From Escherichia coli (lineage in GTDB: Bacteria > Pseudomonadota > Gammaproteobacteria > Enterobacterales > Enterobacteriaceae): 64,000 nucleotides of DNA. The translations under genes were made by a program, and so were the position numbers. Positions within the stretch are counted from its first letter, which is position 1. Every line of letters begins with the position of its first letter. Of the stretch, positions 9,346-17,686 are shown piece by piece. The notes beneath the pieces were generated by a model that did no database searches, was not told the origin of the DNA, and saw only the letters and a list, made by a program, of their open reading frames with translations. The stretch lies in NCBI RefSeq assembly GCF_048403405.1, contig NZ_CP183129.1; one strand, given 5' to 3'.

Positions 9346-9666
9346 ATGGACGAATCAAGAAAGCAGTTTGAAGAAAGTTGGTTGCGACGTGGAGGCGAAT
9401 CTTCAGACCTTATCCGTTACCCTGAAAATCACCATGAAATTGGCAGTGGTGATATTGGTGGTCAATACGTGATGGACGATGTTCAAGGCCACTGGCAAAC
9501 GTGGCAGGCATCGCGAGCAGCTATTGAAATAACCGCGCCAAAGTTTATCGACAGCAGAGAAGCATTAGCCAAAGGGTTTACTGTTGATTATTCCAATGGC
9601 TTCGGTGATGCAATGGATGCTTATGAGGAAAACATCCGCGCTGCTGGAATCAAAGTGAAGGAGTGA
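9346..9666 (+). CDS. Hypothetical soluble protein (106 aa)
   Basis: ORF track; GAGGG SD; no motif recognised. Confidence 0.45.
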   Translation: MDESRKQFEESWLRRGGESSDLIRYPENHHEIGSGDIGGQYVMDDVQGHWQTWQASRAAIEITAPKFIDSREALAKGFTVDYSNGFGDAMDAYEENIRAAGIKVKE

Positions 9667-9854
9667 GCATGAGTCGACGAAGTAGCTTTTTGGGGTTTGT
9701 AATATTCCTGTCCTGCACTGGTTACATCGTAATCTGGTCAATTTCGAACATTGACCGTGGCTGGGAATATCTCATTGTAATGTTCTTTCCTTTGTTTCTT
9801 GGGTGGTACGCCGCAAGGTTGCTGGAAGAATGGGGTTACAGGCATAAAAAATAA
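9663..9854 (+). CDS. Small predicted membrane protein (63 aa, two hydrophobic helices)
   Basis: AAGGAG SD; hydrophobic segments FLGFVIFLSCTGYIVIW and YLIVMFFPLFLGWYAA; start overlaps the previous stop. Confidence 0.45.
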   Translation: MSMSRRSSFLGFVIFLSCTGYIVIWSISNIDRGWEYLIVMFFPLFLGWYAARLLEEWGYRHKK

Positions 9855-9865
9855 AGGAGTATTCA

Positions 9866-10276
9866 GTGAAGCAAACAATCTTCCTCCGAACTAAGCAACA
9901 ACAGCAAGCCGCAATAAATGCCATCCTCGCAACACCACTCGATAAAGACAAGCCAGTCACCATCCGCATTACTGACTACAAGCGCAACCTTGACCAGAAC
10001 GCAAAATTTCACGTGATGCTGGCGGATATCGCTCGTCAGGTTCAATGGTGCGGCAAATGGTTAAAACCGGAACAATGGAAGGTTTTGTTGATTAGCGGTC
10101 ATGCAGTGGCAACAAACCTGGAAGCTGATGTTTTGCCCGGGCTTGAAGGCGAATACGTCAACATTCGCGAAAGCAGCGCGCAGATGAGTGTGAAGCGCAT
10201 GGCAAGTCTGATCGAGTACACAACAGCCTGGGCTATTGGTCAGGGTGTCAGATTTACCGACAGGAGGTACGAATGA
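9866..10276 (+). CDS. ninB: NinB (Orf-family recombination mediator, 136 aa)
   Basis: Similar to lambda NinB (…RSLDQNRKLWACLGDVSRQVEWHGRWLDAESWK… versus …[33 protein letters not shown]…). Confidence 0.8.
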   Translation: MKQTIFLRTKQQQQAAINAILATPLDKDKPVTIRITDYKRNLDQNAKFHVMLADIARQVQWCGKWLKPEQWKVLLISGHAVATNLEADVLPGLEGEYVNIRESSAQMSVKRMASLIEYTTAWAIGQGVRFTDRRYE

Positions 10277-10449
10277 GACGACAGCGACGAAGTTTCACCG
10301 ACATCATCTGCGAAAACTGCAAATACCTTCCAACGAAACGCTCCAGAAATAAACGCAAGCCAATCCCAAAAGAATCTGACGTAAAAACCTTCAACTACAC
10401 GGCTCACCTGTGGGATATCCGGTGGCTAAGACATCGTGCGAGGAAATGA
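10273..10449 (+). CDS. ninE: NinE (58 aa)
   Basis: [58 protein letters not shown] is near-identical to lambda NinE (from memory); under the ORF-track cutoff. Confidence 0.7.
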   Translation: MRRQRRSFTDIICENCKYLPTKRSRNKRKPIPKESDVKTFNYTAHLWDIRWLRHRARK

Positions 10450-10451
10450 CA

Positions 10452-10811
10452 ATGGATTATTCACAGTTAAGTGATTTTGAAATTAACAAGCGAGTGGCAA
10501 TTTGCTGTGGATTTGCTCCCGAAGATTGCGAAATAGCAAAGTTGGGAACATCAATCGTTGGTGTTGAGTGGGATGACGAAACTGGTTATGCAATAAAAAC
10601 GGTTGATTACTGTAAAAGCCCATCAGACGCAGAGCCGATTATCGTAGAGAACAGAATTGGCATTATTCCAGCGCCAGAAAATGGATTATGGAAGGCAGCG
10701 CATAGAAAAGTTGGCAGTGATAGTACCCCATATCATATGACTCAAGATGAAAACCCACTCCGCGCTGCCATGATTGTCTTTCTCATGATGCAGGACGCCA
10801 ATAATGCTTAG
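10452..10811 (+). CDS. Hypothetical nin-region protein (119 aa from the ATG at 10452; ORF track lists 10410)
   Basis: ATG at 10452 has a GAGG SD at good spacing and avoids overlap with ninE; function unknown. Confidence 0.5.
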   Translation: MDYSQLSDFEINKRVAICCGFAPEDCEIAKLGTSIVGVEWDDETGYAIKTVDYCKSPSDAEPIIVENRIGIIPAPENGLWKAAHRKVGSDSTPYHMTQDENPLRAAMIVFLMMQDANNA

Positions 10812-10980
10812 CCCATCCCAATCCCTCCAATACCAGAAAGAAAGCGTCGAGCGGGCTTTAACGTGCGCTAACTGCGGTCAGAAGCTACATGTGCTGGAAG
10901 TTCACGTGTGTGAGCACTGCTGCGCAGAACTGATGAGCGATCCGAATAGCTCAATGTACGAGGAAGAAGACGATGAGTGA
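10804..10980 (+). CDS. ninF: NinF (58 aa)
   Basis: MLSPSQSLQYQKESVERALTCANCGQKLHVLEVHVCEHCCAELMSDPNSSMYEEEDDE matches lambda NinF (from memory). Confidence 0.65.
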   Translation: MLSPSQSLQYQKESVERALTCANCGQKLHVLEVHVCEHCCAELMSDPNSSMYEEEDDE

Positions 10981-11242
10981 TTTCTCTGAGCTTATTTCCT
11001 TCAAAAAAGACAGAGAAGAAATGCGGACTGAATCTGTCTATTACGTTCAACACCGGAATAAACGCTCGGTGCTTGATCAGGAGCTGATTATTACCGGAGA
11101 CCTGGCATTCAGAACATATAAGGCCAGCATGGAAATGAAGGATTTCCCTAAATGTGGTTCTGAAAGAGAAGCCGCGTTAAAGCTGGCTGAGTGGATGCAG
11201 AGAATGGCTGCTGCAATTGAGAATTACTGGAGTGAACCATAA
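10973..11242 (+). CDS. Hypothetical nin-region protein (89 aa)
   Basis: ORF track; operon-style overlaps with neighbours. Confidence 0.5.
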   Translation: MSDFSELISFKKDREEMRTESVYYVQHRNKRSVLDQELIITGDLAFRTYKASMEMKDFPKCGSEREAALKLAEWMQRMAAAIENYWSEP

Positions 11243-11532
11243 TGGCTAACCTACGCAAAGAAGCGCGCGGCAGAGAATGCCAGGTACGTATTTACGGCAT
11301 ATGCAATGGCAATCCTGAAACTACAGTTCTGGCACATTACCGGATGGCTGGAATTTGCGGAGCGGGAATGAAGCCTGACGACCTGATCGGTGCATGGGCT
11401 TGTAGTGCGTGTCACGATGAAATCGACCGACGCACCCATAATCTCGACAACAAAGACGCCAGACTTTACCACCTCGAAGGCGTGATCAGAACGCAGGCGA
11501 TACTGCTGAGGGAGGGGAAGATTAAGTCATGA
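11242..11532 (+). CDS. Cys/His-rich nin-region protein (96 aa; DUF1364-like)
   Basis: Motifs CQVRIYGICNG and CSACHDEID; common partner of rusA in lambdoid nin regions. Confidence 0.5.
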   Translation: MANLRKEARGRECQVRIYGICNGNPETTVLAHYRMAGICGAGMKPDDLIGAWACSACHDEIDRRTHNLDNKDARLYHLEGVIRTQAILLREGKIKS

Positions 11533-11891
11533 ACGAATATCAGTTTGTGCTTCCATACCCGCCATCGGTGAATACCTACTGGCGAAGACGGGGAAGCCAA
11601 TACTACATCAGCGATAAAGGCCAGAAATACCGAAAAGACGTTCAGCAAATAATCAGCCAACTCAAGTTAGACATTTTCACCAAATCACGACTACGCATCA
11701 AAGTCATCGCAGACGTTCCAGACTCCCGCCGCCGAGACCTCGATAACATCCTGAAAGGTTTACTCGACTCCCTTATCCACGCCGGATTTGCGGAAGACGA
11801 CGAGCAATTCGATGACATTCGCGTAATTCGTGGCGTGAAAGTACCAGGCGGAAGGCTTGGAATAAAAATCACCGAACTGGAGAGCGTATGA
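11529..11891 (+). CDS. rusA: RusA Holliday-junction resolvase (120 aa)
   Basis: PPSVNTYWRRRG...DVPDSRRRDLDNILKGLLDSL matches the RusA catalytic core (...PDRRRRDLDN...). Confidence 0.85.
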   Translation: MNEYQFVLPYPPSVNTYWRRRGSQYYISDKGQKYRKDVQQIISQLKLDIFTKSRLRIKVIADVPDSRRRDLDNILKGLLDSLIHAGFAEDDEQFDDIRVIRGVKVPGGRLGIKITELESV

Positions 11892-12076
11892 ACGCCACAA
11901 TTCAAACGATACCAGAGCTTCTTATCCAGACACGAGGCAATCAGACCGAAGTGGCAAGGATGCTTTCCTGCGCAAGAGGAACAGTGCTCAAGTACAACCG
12001 AGACAGCAAAGGCGAGCGTCACGTAATAGTTAACGGCGTCCTGATGGTCAAACAGGGCAAAAGGGGAAGGCCATGA
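11888..12076 (+). CDS. ninH: NinH-like protein (62 aa)
   Basis: GNQTEVARMLSCARGTVLKY...VNGVLMV resembles lambda NinH (GNQTEVARRLKCSRGTVRKY...VNDVLMV). Confidence 0.55.
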   Translation: MNATIQTIPELLIQTRGNQTEVARMLSCARGTVLKYNRDSKGERHVIVNGVLMVKQGKRGRP

Positions 12077-12696
12077 GACTCGAAAGCGTAGCTAAATTTC
12101 ATTCGCCAAAAAGCCCGATGATGAGCGACTCACCACGGGCTACGGCTTCTGACTCTCTTTCCGGTACTGATGTGATGGCTGCTATGGGGATGGCGCAATC
12201 ACAAGCCGGATTCGGAATGGCTGCATTCTGCGGTAAGCATGAACTCAGCCAGAACGACAAACAAAAGGCTATCAACTATCTGATGCAATTTGCACACAAG
12301 GTATCGGGGAAATACCGTGGCGTTGCAAAACTTGAAGGAAATACTAAGGCAAAGGTACTGCAAGTGCTCGCAACATTCGCTTATGCGGATTATTGCCGTA
12401 GTGCCGCGACGCCGGGCGCAAGATGCAGAGATTGCCACGGTACAGGCCGTGCGGTTGATATTGCCAAAACAGAGCAGTGGGGGAGAGTTGTCGAAAAAGA
12501 GTGCGGAAGATGCAAAGGCGTCGGCTATTCCAGGATGCCAGCAAGCGCCGCATATCGCGCTGTAACGATGCTAATCCCAAACCTTACCCAACCCACCTGG
12601 TCACGCACTGTTAAGCCGCTGTATGACGCTCTGGTGGTGCAATGCCACAAGGAAGAGTCAATCGCAGACAATATTTTGAATGCGGTCACACGTTAG
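12073..12696 (+). CDS. Q: Late antiterminator Q (lambda-type, 207 aa)
   Basis: Sequence MRLESVAKFHSPKSPMMSDSPRATASDSLSG...NILNAVTR equals lambda Q (from memory). Confidence 0.95.
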   Translation: MRLESVAKFHSPKSPMMSDSPRATASDSLSGTDVMAAMGMAQSQAGFGMAAFCGKHELSQNDKQKAINYLMQFAHKVSGKYRGVAKLEGNTKAKVLQVLATFAYADYCRSAATPGARCRDCHGTGRAVDIAKTEQWGRVVEKECGRCKGVGYSRMPASAAYRAVTMLIPNLTQPTWSRTVKPLYDALVVQCHKEESIADNILNAVTR

Positions 12697-12738
12697 CAGC
12701 ATGATTGCCACGGATGGCAACATATTAACGGCATGATA

Positions 12739-12767
12739 TTGACTTTTTGAATAAAGTTGGGTAAATT
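12739..12767 (+). promoter_or_regulatory. Late promoter pR' (-35 TTGACT, 17-bp spacer, -10 TAAATT) with qut region
   Basis: TTGACTTTTTGAATAAAGTTGGGTAAATTTGACCC, near-identical to lambda pR'. Confidence 0.65.
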
Positions 12768-12908
12768 TGACCCAACGATGGGTTAATTCGCTCGTTGTGG
12801 TAGTGAGATAAAAAGAGGCGGCGCTTACTACCGATTCCGCCTAGTTGGTCACTTCGACGTATCGTCTGGAACTCCAACCATCGCAGGCTGAGAGGTCTGC
12901 AAAATGCA

Positions 12909-12968
12909 ATCCCGAAACAGTTAGCAGGTAATAGTTAGAGCCTGCATAACGGTTTCGGGATTTTTTAT
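12909..12968 (+). terminator. tR'-like terminator (end of the short 6S-type late leader transcript)
   Basis: Long stem AATCCCGAAAC...GTTTCGGGA followed by TTTTTTATTT, as in lambda tR'. Confidence 0.6.
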
Positions 12969-12970
12969 TT

Positions 12971-13045
12971 GGGTCAGTCGTATAAAGGTCATTACGGAAG
13001 GCTGTTAACCTTCTTATCGTGGTTCGAGTCCACGCTGTCCCGCCA
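12971..13045 (+). tRNA. tRNA-like gene, anticodon GUU (Asn) by manual fold; one T:T mismatch in the acceptor stem
   Basis: Manual cloverleaf: acceptor GGGTCAG/CTGTCCC, anticodon stem GAAGG/CCTTC with loop CTGTTAA, T-arm CGTGG-TTCGAGT-CCACG, discriminator G, encoded CCA. Confidence 0.45.
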
Positions 13046-13050
13046 AATAT

Positions 13051-13126
13051 GCTGGTTTAGCTCCAATGGTAGAGCAGTCGCCTTGTAAGCGAATGGGTAG
13101 CGGTTCAAGTCCGTTAACCAGCACCA
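13051..13126 (+). tRNA. tRNA-like gene, anticodon UGU (Thr) by manual fold
   Basis: Acceptor GCTGGTT/AACCAGC (perfect), D-arm GCTC-CAATGGTA-GAGC, anticodon loop CTTGTAA, T-loop TTCAAGT, encoded CCA. Confidence 0.55.
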
Positions 13127-13369
13127 TAACTGAGCCGTAGCCACTGGCTATCCTGAATTCATCAGTGATAGTTACGCTGCGGCCTTCTACACATGACCTT
13201 CGTGAAAGCGGTGGCAGGAGGTCGCGCTAATAACCTCCTGCCGTTTTGCCCGTGCATATCGGTCACGAACAAATCTGATTACTAAACACAGTAGCCTGGA
13301 TTTGTTCTATCAGTAATCGACCTTATTCCTAATTAAATAGAGCAAATCCCCTCAATGAAGGGGTAGAGC

Positions 13370-13573
13370 ATGTACCGTATGGACAAAATCAGAGAATGGT
13401 TCAGTTACAGCTTCGGAGGACTGACTGCGATGGGTGGCATTCTCTCCCTGAATGACTGGGCTGTCATCATTGGTATTCTTTGTACTGTCGGCACATTTGG
13501 CATCAACTGGTACTACAAGCGCAAAGAGCGCGAGGACAGATTGAATGGCAATGTCACCGGCACTACGAAATAG
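13370..13573 (+). CDS. Putative holin (67 aa) with dual start (M1-Y-R-M4)
   Basis: Two hydrophobic helices ([25 protein letters not shown]), charged C-terminus; upstream hairpin CCCCTCAATGAAGGGG before the tandem ATGs; overlaps the endolysin start. Confidence 0.6.
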   Translation: MYRMDKIREWFSYSFGGLTAMGGILSLNDWAVIIGILCTVGTFGINWYYKRKEREDRLNGNVTGTTK

Positions 13574-14048
13574 CGTAATAGCGGCGATAAGTGGCGGGGC
13601 TATTGCTATAGCATCTGTGTTAATCACTGGACCAAGTGGTAACGATGGTCTGGAAGGTGTTAGCTACATACCATACAAAGATATTGTTGGTGTATGGACT
13701 GTATGTCACGGACACACCGGAAAAGACATCATGCTCGGTAAAACGTATACCAAAGCAGAATGCAAAGCCCTCCTGAATAAAGACCTTGCCACGGTCGCCA
13801 GACAAATTAACCCGTACATCAAAGTCGATATACCGGAAACAATGCGCGGCGCTCTTTACTCATTCGTTTACAACGTGGGTGCTGGCAATTTCAGAACATC
13901 GACGCTTCTTCGCAAAATAAACCAGGGCGATATCAAAGGCGCATGTGATCAGCTACGTCGCTGGACATATGCTGGCGGTAAGCAATGGAAAGGTCTCATG
14001 ACTCGTCGTGAGATTGAGCGTGAAGTCTGTTTGTGGGGGAAACAATGA
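13545..14048 (+). CDS. SAR-type endolysin (phage-21 R-like lysozyme, 167 aa)
   Basis: N-terminal signal-anchor-release helix [17 protein letters not shown] followed by a lysozyme core ([25 protein letters not shown]...), recalled as matching phage 21 R / DLP12 RrrD. Confidence 0.85.
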   Translation: MAMSPALRNSVIAAISGGAIAIASVLITGPSGNDGLEGVSYIPYKDIVGVWTVCHGHTGKDIMLGKTYTKAECKALLNKDLATVARQINPYIKVDIPETMRGALYSFVYNVGAGNFRTSTLLRKINQGDIKGACDQLRRWTYAGGKQWKGLMTRREIEREVCLWGKQ

Positions 14049-14512
14049 GCAGAGTAACCGCGATTATCTCCGCTCTGGTTATCTGCATCATCGTCTGCCT
14101 GTCATGGGCTGTTAATCATTACCGTGATAACGCCATGACCTACAAAGAGCAGCGCGATAAAAAAGTCAGTGAGCTGAAGCAGGCGACCGCCACCATTACT
14201 GACATGCAGCAACGCCATCGTGCTGCTGATGCACTCGATGCTAAATACACGAAGGAGTTAGCTGATGCGAAAGCTGAAAATGATGCTCTTCGGCGCAAGC
14301 TTGATAATGGTGGCAGGGTGCTCGTCAAAGGAAAATGCCCTGTGCCATCCTCAGCCGAAACCTCCGGCGCCTCCGGCATGGGCAATGATGCCACCGTCGA
14401 ACTCTCTCCAGTTGCTGGACGAAACGTTCTCGGTGTCCGGGACGGAATTATCCGCGACCAAACAGCACTGAGAACGCTTCAGGAATACATCAGGACGCAA
14501 TGCCTTCGATGA
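14045..14512 (+). CDS. Rz: Rz i-spanin (155 aa from MSRV; ORF track lists 14033)
   Basis: [30 protein letters not shown]...[16 protein letters not shown] matches lambda Rz N-terminal two thirds. Confidence 0.85.
   Translation: MSRVTAIISALVICIIVCLSWAVNHYRDNAMTYKEQRDKKVSELKQATATITDMQQRHRAADALDAKYTKELADAKAENDALRRKLDNGGRVLVKGKCPVPSSAETSGASGMGNDATVELSPVAGRNVLGVRDGIIRDQTALRTLQEYIRTQCLR
14265..14471 (+). CDS. Rz1: Rz1 o-spanin lipoprotein embedded in +1 frame within Rz (68 aa)
   Basis: [21 protein letters not shown]... has a lipobox (VAGC) and a proline-rich tract ([11 protein letters not shown]), like lambda Rz1. Confidence 0.75.
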   Translation: MRKLKMMLFGASLIMVAGCSSKENALCHPQPKPPAPPAWAMMPPSNSLQLLDETFSVSGTELSATKQH

Positions 14513-14685
14513 TAGCGATAATTTTACTCATCATCCTTCACATCTGGCTCTGTAGACAGGGTGGTGCTCACTTCTGGAGTAAATCCAGATTAAACATCTC
14601 ATTGCTGATGCTTGATATTGAGCATCTGGCGCGCAGTAAGGGGCTGCGTTGAGATAAGAGCCAGTTCATTACAAATACCAGGATT

Positions 14686-14712
14686 TAGCCTCGCATTCGC
14701 GGGGCTTTTTAT
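14686..14712 (+). terminator. Hairpin plus T-run after the lysis cassette
   Basis: AGCCTCGCattcGCGGGGCT followed by TTTTAT. Confidence 0.4.
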
Positions 14713-14854
14713 ATCTGAATTTCACAGCGCATCTCACGCGCATATTAACGAGAGCCTTTCAGTAAGCGAGCCTGAGAAATGCCGTTATAGGTGGCGACCT
14801 CTCTCGGGCGGCTTTTCTGTGAGACAGGCTCACTTTCTAAAAGGTAAAGACGCT

Positions 14855-15340
14855 ATGAATAACTTTGTTGAAATTACCTCAAGAATTGGTCGCATGTACC
14901 AAGATTTTCTTATAAGTGGAAAGGGGTCTGGCGACATCATAGAGGAAATTGACAAGCTAAGTGCAGAGCTGAGAAGGAATGGGTGTGTTAATTCTATCTT
15001 TTTTGAAACTTTGCTAAAGCAAGGCTTCATGTTTGACATGATTAATTACAACAAAGTCGCACCCAGTGCTTCGCAAAAATCATATGTGTACGTTCTGCAT
15101 GCTGAAGATAGTGGGCTAACAAAAATAGGGTTTAGTCGCAGGGTTAATAAACGAATTTCAGAGATATCTCGCATGAGTGGCGGGAAGCTAAATCTAATTG
15201 CAAAGATTCCGGCCGATAGAGAGCTTGAAACCAAATTGCACCAAAAATATTACAACTATAGGTCGCACGGGGAGTGGTTTAGTCTCAATCGTTGTCATTT
15301 GAAAGAGCTAAAAGAAATGCCTGGTAACGAACTGAAATAA
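14855..15340 (+). CDS. Moron protein (161 aa) with C-terminal GIY-YIG-like (T5orf172-type) domain
   Basis: Start chosen at ATG 14855 (AAAGG SD); the ORF-track extension from 14612 looks non-coding. Motif KSYVYVLHAEDSGLTKIGFSRRVNKRISE...GEWF fits a GIY-YIG/T5orf172 core; gene is AT-richer than its surroundings. Confidence 0.55.
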   Translation: MNNFVEITSRIGRMYQDFLISGKGSGDIIEEIDKLSAELRRNGCVNSIFFETLLKQGFMFDMINYNKVAPSASQKSYVYVLHAEDSGLTKIGFSRRVNKRISEISRMSGGKLNLIAKIPADRELETKLHQKYYNYRSHGEWFSLNRCHLKELKEMPGNELK

Positions 15341-15587
15341 TCCCCGGACTCACCAATTAACGGCAGTACAGCGAAACAACCCAAGCCAGAAAGTGGGGAA
15401 ATAACACTGACAGCCACTGAAAGATGAACCTCCTGCCTTATGGCAAAAAAGATTCTTTGTGGTGGCGGACTGATGGAAAGACATCGGTTATTGCAGAGGC
15501 CATTCAATGAGTGGTCTCGACAATGGCTTATACCCTACACGGGATAACTTAACTGATATCCCTTTTAACGGATAAACGGAGCCAACA

Positions 15588-15830
15588 ATGGCAGAGATTA
15601 TTCCCATGACTGAAGAACAGAAATTCCAGTTAGAGATTTACAAGCTGGTCATGAACCAGAACGCAGCCGCAGAGGAAGCATTTCAATTTATTGGCACTGA
15701 CGAGCTGAAGCTTGAGCTATTCAAAATTCACTTCCAGTCAGGCGGCGCTAATTCAGATATCACGACCCGCACAATCGAAGCGGTACGTAAATCGAAGGAA
15801 GCGTTAGACCTGTTCACTACCGGAGCATAA
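15588..15830 (+). CDS. Hypothetical protein (80 aa) preceding the terminase genes
   Basis: ORF track; GGAG SD; function unknown. Confidence 0.45.
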   Translation: MAEIIPMTEEQKFQLEIYKLVMNQNAAAEEAFQFIGTDELKLELFKIHFQSGGANSDITTRTIEAVRKSKEALDLFTTGA

Positions 15831-15832
15831 AC

Positions 15833-16273
15833 ATGGCGCGCCCAACAAAGTATCAAGAGGCGTACGCCGAACAGGCACGCAAACTGTGCTTGCTGGGCTA
15901 CACCGATGCAGAGCTTGCTGATTTCTTCGAAGTCAGTGAGTCAACTATTAACAAGTGGAAGCTTGATTATCCTGAGTTTTCGGAGTCCATAAAAAAGGGT
16001 AAGGCCGTCGCTGATGCAGAAGTTAGTGATCGTCTTTATCAACGCGCTATGGGCTTCGTGGCTCCAGACATCGATATTCGTGTTATTGAAAACAGAATTG
16101 TCGAAACTCCGCTTGAGAAGTATTACCCGCCTGATACAACCGCCGCCATCTTCTGGCTTAAGAACCGACAGAAGGATAAATGGCGCGATAAGGTTGATCA
16201 CGAGCTAACAGGCAAAGACGGCGGCGCAATCCAGATTGAAACATCACCGATGAGCACTCTATTCGGAAAATGA
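15833..16273 (+). CDS. Terminase small subunit (Sf6 gp1-like, 146 aa)
   Basis: C-terminus GKDGGAIQIETSPMSTLFGK matches Sf6 TerS (from memory); overlaps the TerL start. Confidence 0.8.
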   Translation: MARPTKYQEAYAEQARKLCLLGYTDAELADFFEVSESTINKWKLDYPEFSESIKKGKAVADAEVSDRLYQRAMGFVAPDIDIRVIENRIVETPLEKYYPPDTTAAIFWLKNRQKDKWRDKVDHELTGKDGGAIQIETSPMSTLFGK

Positions 16274-17685
16274 CCTCGATTAATCCTATCTTTGAACCGT
16301 TCATTGAGGCGCATCGCTATAAAGTCGCCAAAGGCGGTCGAGGTAGCGGTAAGTCATGGGCAATCGCGAGGTTGCTTGTTGAGGCGGCACGTCGGCAGCC
16401 TGTGCGTATTCTTTGCGCTCGTGAACTGCAAAACAGTATCAGCGATTCGGTAATCCGACTGCTTGAAGACACCATAGAGCGGGAAGGGTATTCGGCCGAG
16501 TTTGAAATTCAGCGTTCCATGATTCGTCATCTCGGAACAAATGCTGAATTCATGTTCTATGGCATCAAAAACAACCCGACAAAGATTAAATCGCTCGAAG
16601 GCATTGATATCTGCTGGGTGGAAGAAGCGGAAGCGGTAACGAAGGAATCATGGGATATCCTGATTCCAACCATCCGTAAGCCGTTCTCTGAAATATGGGT
16701 GAGCTTTAACCCGAAGAACATCCTCGACGATACCTATCAGCGATTCGTCGTAAATCCTCCTGATGATATTTGTCTGCTGACGGTGAACTACACCGACAAC
16801 CCGCACTTTCCTGAAGTTCTCCGTCTGGAGATGGAAGAGTGCAAACGCAGAAATCCGACACTGTATCGTCACATCTGGCTGGGTGAGCCGGTAAGCGCAA
16901 GTGATATGGCAATCATCAAACGTGAATGGCTTGAAGCTGCAACCGATGCGCACAAGAAACTCGGATGGAAAGCGAAAGGCGCTGTTGTTTCTGCGCATGA
17001 CCCGTCAGATACAGGGCCAGATGCTAAAGGTTATGCATCGCGTCACGGTTCGGTAGTTAAGCGCATTGCCGAAGGTCTGCTGATGGACATCAACGAGGGT
17101 GCTGACTGGGCTACTTCGCTGGCGATTGAAGACGGCGCTGACCATTACCTGTGGGATGGCGATGGTGTCGGTGCAGGGCTACGCAGACAGACAACGGAAG
17201 CATTCTCCGGCAAGAAAATTACCGCCACGATGTTCAAGGGCAGCGAATCGCCATTCGATGAAGATGCGCCTTATCAGGCCGGAGCATGGGCTGATGAAGT
17301 CGTACAGGGCGACAACGTTCGCACTATTGGCGATGTTTTCCGCAATAAGCGAGCGCAATTCTATTACGCGCTGGCTGACAGGCTGTATCTGACATATCGG
17401 GCGGTTGTCCACGGTGAGTATGCAGACCCCGACGACATGCTGAGCTTCGACAAAGAAGCGATAGGCGAGAAGATGCTGGAGAAGCTGTTTGCAGAACTGA
17501 CGCAGATTCAGCGCAAATTCAATAACAACGGGAAGCTGGAGCTAATGACTAAGGTCGAAATGAAGCAGAAGCTCGGTATTCCATCTCCTAACCTGGCTGA
17601 TGCGCTGATGATGTGTATGCATTGCCCAGAGTCGGCTGCGCAACCCGACTATTCCAGTTACTCAATTCCTTGTGGTGTAGGTTGA
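16270..17685 (+). CDS. Terminase large subunit (471 aa)
   Basis: Walker A KGGRGSGKSW near the N-terminus; size and position typical of P22/Sf6-like TerL. Confidence 0.9.
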   Translation: MTSINPIFEPFIEAHRYKVAKGGRGSGKSWAIARLLVEAARRQPVRILCARELQNSISDSVIRLLEDTIEREGYSAEFEIQRSMIRHLGTNAEFMFYGIKNNPTKIKSLEGIDICWVEEAEAVTKESWDILIPTIRKPFSEIWVSFNPKNILDDTYQRFVVNPPDDICLLTVNYTDNPHFPEVLRLEMEECKRRNPTLYRHIWLGEPVSASDMAIIKREWLEAATDAHKKLGWKAKGAVVSAHDPSDTGPDAKGYASRHGSVVKRIAEGLLMDINEGADWATSLAIEDGADHYLWDGDGVGAGLRRQTTEAFSGKKITATMFKGSESPFDEDAPYQAGAWADEVVQGDNVRTIGDVFRNKRAQFYYALADRLYLTYRAVVHGEYADPDDMLSFDKEAIGEKMLEKLFAELTQIQRKFNNNGKLELMTKVEMKQKLGIPSPNLADALMMCMHCPESAAQPDYSSYSIPCGVG

Positions 17686-17686
17686 T

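Noticed and set aside
14612-14854. Upstream extension of the GIY-YIG-like gene given by the ORF track
   Set aside because: No SD at 14612; the extension spans a terminator hairpin and reads as non-protein-like; the ATG at 14855 has an SD.
15295-15507. 70-aa minus-strand ORF in the gap before the packaging genes
   Set aside because: No SD, overlaps the end of the GIY-YIG-like gene, low-complexity composition; more likely a non-coding pac/regulatory region.
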